From Octopus bimaculoides (taxonomy: Eukaryota): a stretch of 38,419 bases of DNA. The position numbers and the translations under genes are program-made. The notes under the pieces were generated by a model that was not told where the DNA came from, searched no databases, and worked only from the letters and a program-made list of their open reading frames with translations. Shown here piece after piece: positions 33,704-38,419 of the stretch; position 1 is the stretch's first letter; every line of letters begins with the position of its first letter. The stretch is from the NCBI RefSeq assembly GCF_001194135.2, contig NC_068986.1, positions 98,082,192 through 98,120,610 on the forward strand. Reading direction: 5' to 3'.

Positions 33704-33732
33704 TTATTATTATTATTATTATTATTATCATT

Positions 33733-33950
33733 AAAGCGGCGATCTCGTAGAATCTTTAGCACGGCGGACAAAGTGCTTAGCGGCATTCTGTCAGTCTTCA
33801 CATTTTGAGTTTAAATTCCGCCTTGTTCGACTATGCATTTCATCCTTTCAGTGTCGGTAAATTGAGTAAAAGTTAAGAACTGGAGTCGATGTAATCAACT
33901 TACCCTGCGCCGAAATTTCTGGCTGTGTGCCAAACTTTCAGATCCTTATT
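33733..33950 (+). mobile_element. SINE family 1
   Basis: AAAGCGGCGATCTCGTAGAATC..TTTGAGTTTAAATTCCGCC..GGAGTCGATGTAATCAACTTA; preceded by (TTA)n 33704-33732 and followed by a short TTA/TCA tail. Confidence 0.85.
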
Positions 33951-36159
33951 ATCATCATCATTATTTGTTAGTCAAGGACCAGAGATGAAAAAATCATATC
34001 TCATAGTATATTGCACTAAAAACGAACTCACAAGGAAAGAGAGTTATCCTCAGACAGGGATTTCGTTCAGATATTAGCAATAAATGCTTAAGGCACCCGA
34101 GGGCAGAGTTGTGGGGTTAAAGTAGATGATAAAGGAAACTGAGATATAGAAACATACAGTTTAGTCGATAATCAAACACATATGTTCTGTCTAATATGTT
34201 TCACTTCCAACGTTTAAAACTAGGGAATGTTATGTAAGACATTTTGGATTTACTGAGCAGCGAAGCAGAAATAAGTACCACATGATGTTTTGAAGACGTT
34301 TCAGCGACTAGTATCTACATGTGTTTGATAGCATAGACCGTCGATAAGTAAAGTGGTATGCCTGCTGATACCATCCCACATAATATTACTTTCGGGTTTT
34401 TACACAAAACTATTCGTTTTCATGAGTTCGTTGTTTAAATTCGACTCTACAACTGAACGTTATGTAAGACTCCTTCTGTTAAATTATGTCTGAATACCAG
34501 CTTAAAATACCAATAAATGAATAAAAATTACTACGAAATCGCGCCAGATTAGTCTTAAAATTAATTGAAATTATTAGCTTTGCACTTTGATAGAATTTTA
34601 ATCACTACGAGTTAATTAAGCGAAGTTGTTCCACTAAGTTAATTTATCGAAGAGTATTACTAAAGAAACTCATAAAATAAATTAATATTCAATATAATGA
34701 ATCTTTGCTTTTTGTTTCACGTATATAATATTGAGTGAGTTGATTGAAACAACATTCTGCTTAACCCATATCGCCCTTCATATTTCAAAAAAAAAAAAAA
34801 AAACAAGAACGAAAATATCGTTTACATAGATTAGGCGGCATTTCTGATTCGAAAACTTTGTCAAATATATTCACAAGAATAGAATAAATATCAGCCTTTA
34901 ATTTTATACGATTACGTCCTGTCTTTAATGAATTATCGAATTTGCAAATTTTGAAAGACTGTATTTACAAAAAAAGTATTCCACATTTTGAAAATGAAAA
35001 AAATTGTTTACTTCATTTAAATTTTAGTTTATTGATATGATGAACAGCAAAATTAACATTCTTGCCTGATCTCACCAAAAGCCAAACCTAATTATTTTAA
35101 GTAGTATTTACTCCAAATTCAAAGATGTTGTGGTTGTGTCGTTGGTGTTGATTAGCCGCAAAGTAGGCAGATTAAAACTAGACCTTGGATGAATGTAACA
35201 GTATAGCTCTATCTCTCCAGTATTTTCTTCTGTTTCTGTAAACCCAGAACGGTATAAGCCATCATGGTGTGATTGAGCGAGACATAGCTGCTATTTTTTG
35301 TAGTTTGAACGACCATGGAGCATAACCTTTTGATTGTTTGCAGTAATTAATTCAACTTCAATTTGTTCAAAACTAATTGCGACGAGATTTGTCGTTTTAT
35401 CCACAATACGAAAATATATTCATGCCATAAACACATATTATAGTTATAGAGCATAACAGGATTTACAGAATATATATATATATAATTTGCAATAATTGTT
35501 CAGTGGCCAATTCAAAACATATTCTTTAGAATACCTTAAAGGAGCGGCGTTTAATATTTGCCATTTCAAAATTCAGGAATGGGAAACCAAAAAACAAACT
35601 TACTATAATATATCCTATCAAAATACATGTATTCAAGTCTTTCATTGTATGGTAGGAAATTTCATACGGCAGCAGGTTTAAATGCTGGATTAGGTAGCGC
35701 ATTGTGTCCTTGAGGAAGGAATTTCATTTCACGATCCTCTCGTCAGCACACTTGAATATGAATGTCCTGCCGAGACAAAATTTCGTGTTCAGTAGGTTAT
35801 ATCTGACAGCTTTTATCAACATTGGCACCTATAACTATTACTAAAAGTAGGAAACATATTACGGAGCCATACCTGAGATTGAGTGACGACTGACTGTAGT
35901 GTACATTACTCCACCATCTTTACATTCAGTCCCTTCTAAGATTTATGTTTATGAATGGTTATCGAGACAGAAACAGGCTGGAAGCACATCAAATAGATAT
36001 TTTACGGTAAAATTTATTCTTTCCTCACCTGAACACCGAAATCAGTCCATTAGGTACATTAGCTTTGTTAAAACAATCCTCATTGGGGAACACGGATAAA
36101 CAGTAACTGAGACTTTGTTACGTCCGTTAAACTAAGTGTCATTAAACATAAATGTGATT

Positions 36160-36340
36160 AAGGCCTTCAGCTTGCCGAATCGTTAAGACATCGGACAAAA
36201 TGCTTAGTTGCTTTTCCTTCGTAATACGATCTGAGTTCAATTTCCGCCGCGGTCGATTTTGCCTATCATCCTTTCGCCGTTGGCAAAATAAGTACCAGTC
36301 AAGCACTGGAGTTAATCTAATGTCTACTGCCCTGAAATAG
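36160..36340 (+). mobile_element. SINE family 1, degenerate
   Basis: GCCGAATCGTTA..TCTGAGTTCAATTTCCGCCGCGGTCGATTTTGCCTATCATCCTTTCG..AAGTACCAGTCAAGCACTGGAG. Confidence 0.82.
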
Positions 36341-37325
36341 AAATGTGCCTTTTATGTGAATCTAATGGTTGTTTTTTGCACGTCGAGTATTCACACTTAA
36401 GCTCGCTCGCTGCTTTGCTAGAAAATTACTAGGTTTGATCTAAGGGACTATCGTCACTTCCTGCATAACAATCACAAAGCAAAGTAATATCGATGAACAG
36501 AACATACCCAGCGACAAACAGATGCCTACTAGTATTTACTCGCATTCTTTTACGTTGTTGTTCCAAATCTCCAGTCAACTGACATAGTCGTTAGAACACC
36601 AAGACAAATGGCATTATTATATTTGTTGCGCTTCTCTGCAACGTCCGTTCAAAACTCCACCACCCATCGAATCTAAATGTACCTTATCTACCGAAACTTA
36701 ATGTACCTCCATACATATTGAGGAACACAGTACCAACCCAGTGATGGAACAGTCCTGTCTCTGCATCTCCGACGTCCTGAATATTTTAGTGAATCAAGTA
36801 TGAGAGGGCGAAGTCTGCGAATAACTACACAGACACGTCTGAAGTAATTTTCGAAAAACATGGTATATACTATTCAGTCATTCTTCATTCCATTTGTATA
36901 TCAGAATTTTGCGATTTCCTTTCAAAGGACAAGTATTTGCGGGTTGCTATCCGTTCGGTTGCGGAATGTGCAAAGATTTATGACTATAGCCTATATCAAA
37001 ACTAACGCATTTATTTGCGATCCGTTACATTCTATTTTCAATTCCCAGAGAGGTCGGCCTTGCTTTTGAAGTCTCGAGTCACAACATCAATAACGATCTT
37101 GTAATTTTTTCCGAAACATTCTTGATTTCCAAACATTCAGAATGAAGATTTCGAAGAATTTTAAAAAGCGAAATTTACAAAGCTATGTCGGCTGCGAAAG
37201 ACAAAAATGCTGTGCTTCTGTTACAAATATTTACTACTTACGTCATATTTCAGACCCTTCAAGTTAAATACTAAGGACCATATATAGCTTATACTGCATT
37301 CTGTAATATATTGTTTGCTGTATGT

Positions 37326-37530
37326 AAGGCGATGCGTTAGCAGAATGATTACCACAATGGACATGTTCAGTGGCATTTCGTCCGTCTTTCGTTCTGACTT
37401 CAAATGCTGTCGAAACTGACTTTGCCTTTCGCCTTTTCGTTGTAGATTAAATAAGTACCAGACGAGGACTGGTGTCGATGAAATCGACTTACACTACACC
37501 CCACCCCCAAAATATCAGGTGCTTGTGGTA
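37326..37530 (+). mobile_element. SINE family 1, degenerate
   Basis: AAGGCGATGCGTTAGCAGAATG..TTCTGACTTCAAAT..GACTTTGCCTTTC..AAGTACCAG..GGTGTCGATGAAATCGACTTA. Confidence 0.8.
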
Positions 37531-37827
37531 GACAAAATATTATTGGTTTTATACAAATATAAATATCAGTATATCATCTCTTACCGCTTAATGAATGAAA
37601 CGATAACTAATAATTGAGGGAAATAAATCTGATACATCACAGACTGTTATGACAATTAGATTGGATGATATCCAAAGCAATCATTTTCTCCCAGAACTTT
37701 ACATTTAGAATACATAAGAGAACCATATCATTTTACTTGATTATCACTTGAGAAGAACATTGGTTGAAACTAAGATGGAAATGAAAATTCTGTATTAAAA
37801 ATAAAATAAAATACACAACTATTCTGG

Positions 37828-38040
37828 AGAATAATAAATCAATTGGTAGCATTGATAATAAAATATAATTTATGCATAAATGTAATAATTAGAAAAAAGC
37901 AATGACTGTGTTCATCTGAAGACAATACTATTAGTAATGTCATGCATGCTATAGTCTCCAAGGAAATTACTGTAGCAGAGATCGAAAGATTGAGTTTGAG
38001 AGAGAAAGAAACTAAAAAGAATATTTTATTTGAAAAACTT
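37828..38040 (+). mobile_element. Possible highly decayed Gypsy-like pol remnant (RNase H end to integrase linker)
   Basis: One frame gives RIINQLVALIIKYNLCINV..*..HAIVSKEITVAEIERLSLREKE, loosely resembling the R..RW.L.L..Y.F.I and AVP.ALT.EEI linker pattern. Weak. Confidence 0.28.
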
Positions 38041-38379
38041 AGATCTACCTTGATTATGGTAGATATCACCGCAAAGCGTTCACTCTATGCTTATAATGAT
38101 TTTGTACTTATATAGGGCGACATGTTCCATTTTACACGGTACGTTGTGATTTAAGGGAGATTCGGTGCCCATTTCTAATATAGTGACCTATCATGTAAGT
38201 TGTTACTTTTCTTTATATATTATGTAAACAGAAATAGATTATTCAAAAAACCTTGGTATTTTGAGGAAGATATAGTTACTATTTCATACAGATCAATTTA
38301 GTGTACAAACTCATAAACACTCCCTCCATGTTTCATATAGAATAAATCAAGTGAAATCATACATACACACGCACACACA

Positions 38380-38382
<3 letters not shown>

Positions 38383-38419
<37 letters not shown>
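38383..38419 (+). repeat. (TA)n microsatellite running off the window end
   Basis: Perfect TA run. Confidence 0.97.

Noticed and set aside
32998-33732. CRISPR-like repeat-spacer array (repeated 67-nt unit with spacers)
   Set aside because: Eukaryotic context, the spacers are microsatellite, the repeat is a retroelement 3' UTR and there are no cas genes.

Overview
AT-rich eukaryotic (animal) genomic DNA from a gapped scaffold with five N gaps. It is dominated by microsatellites and decayed transposable elements. The SINE families and simple-repeat density resemble octopus/cephalopod DNA, which is an inference from recognition and not a search result. No intact protein-coding gene, rRNA, tRNA gene or CRISPR array is evident. 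The main organised feature is a set of at least 11 fragments, from about 6 divergent subfamilies, of restriction-like-endonuclease (RLE) non-LTR retrotransposons (CCHC + PD..D/E.K motif; Dong/R4-like). They form two clusters (0.1-1.6 kb and 26-33.7 kb). Most abut (TAA)n arrays with strict polarity, TAA always reading on the element's sense strand, and several are flanked by arrays on both sides. Mixed into the same arrays are a non-coding TAA-tailed element (2 copies) and tRNA-derived SINEs in the opposite polarity. Also present: a full-length decayed mariner (DD34D, TIRs, TA TSD), an internally deleted DD41D-type Tc1/mariner, three RTE-type LINE remnants, a Penelope-like remnant, several diverged local duplications, and a low-confidence pair of in-frame minus-strand exons (13.5-14.0 kb) of an unidentified gene. 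Most ORF-track entries are artefacts of repeats or N gaps.
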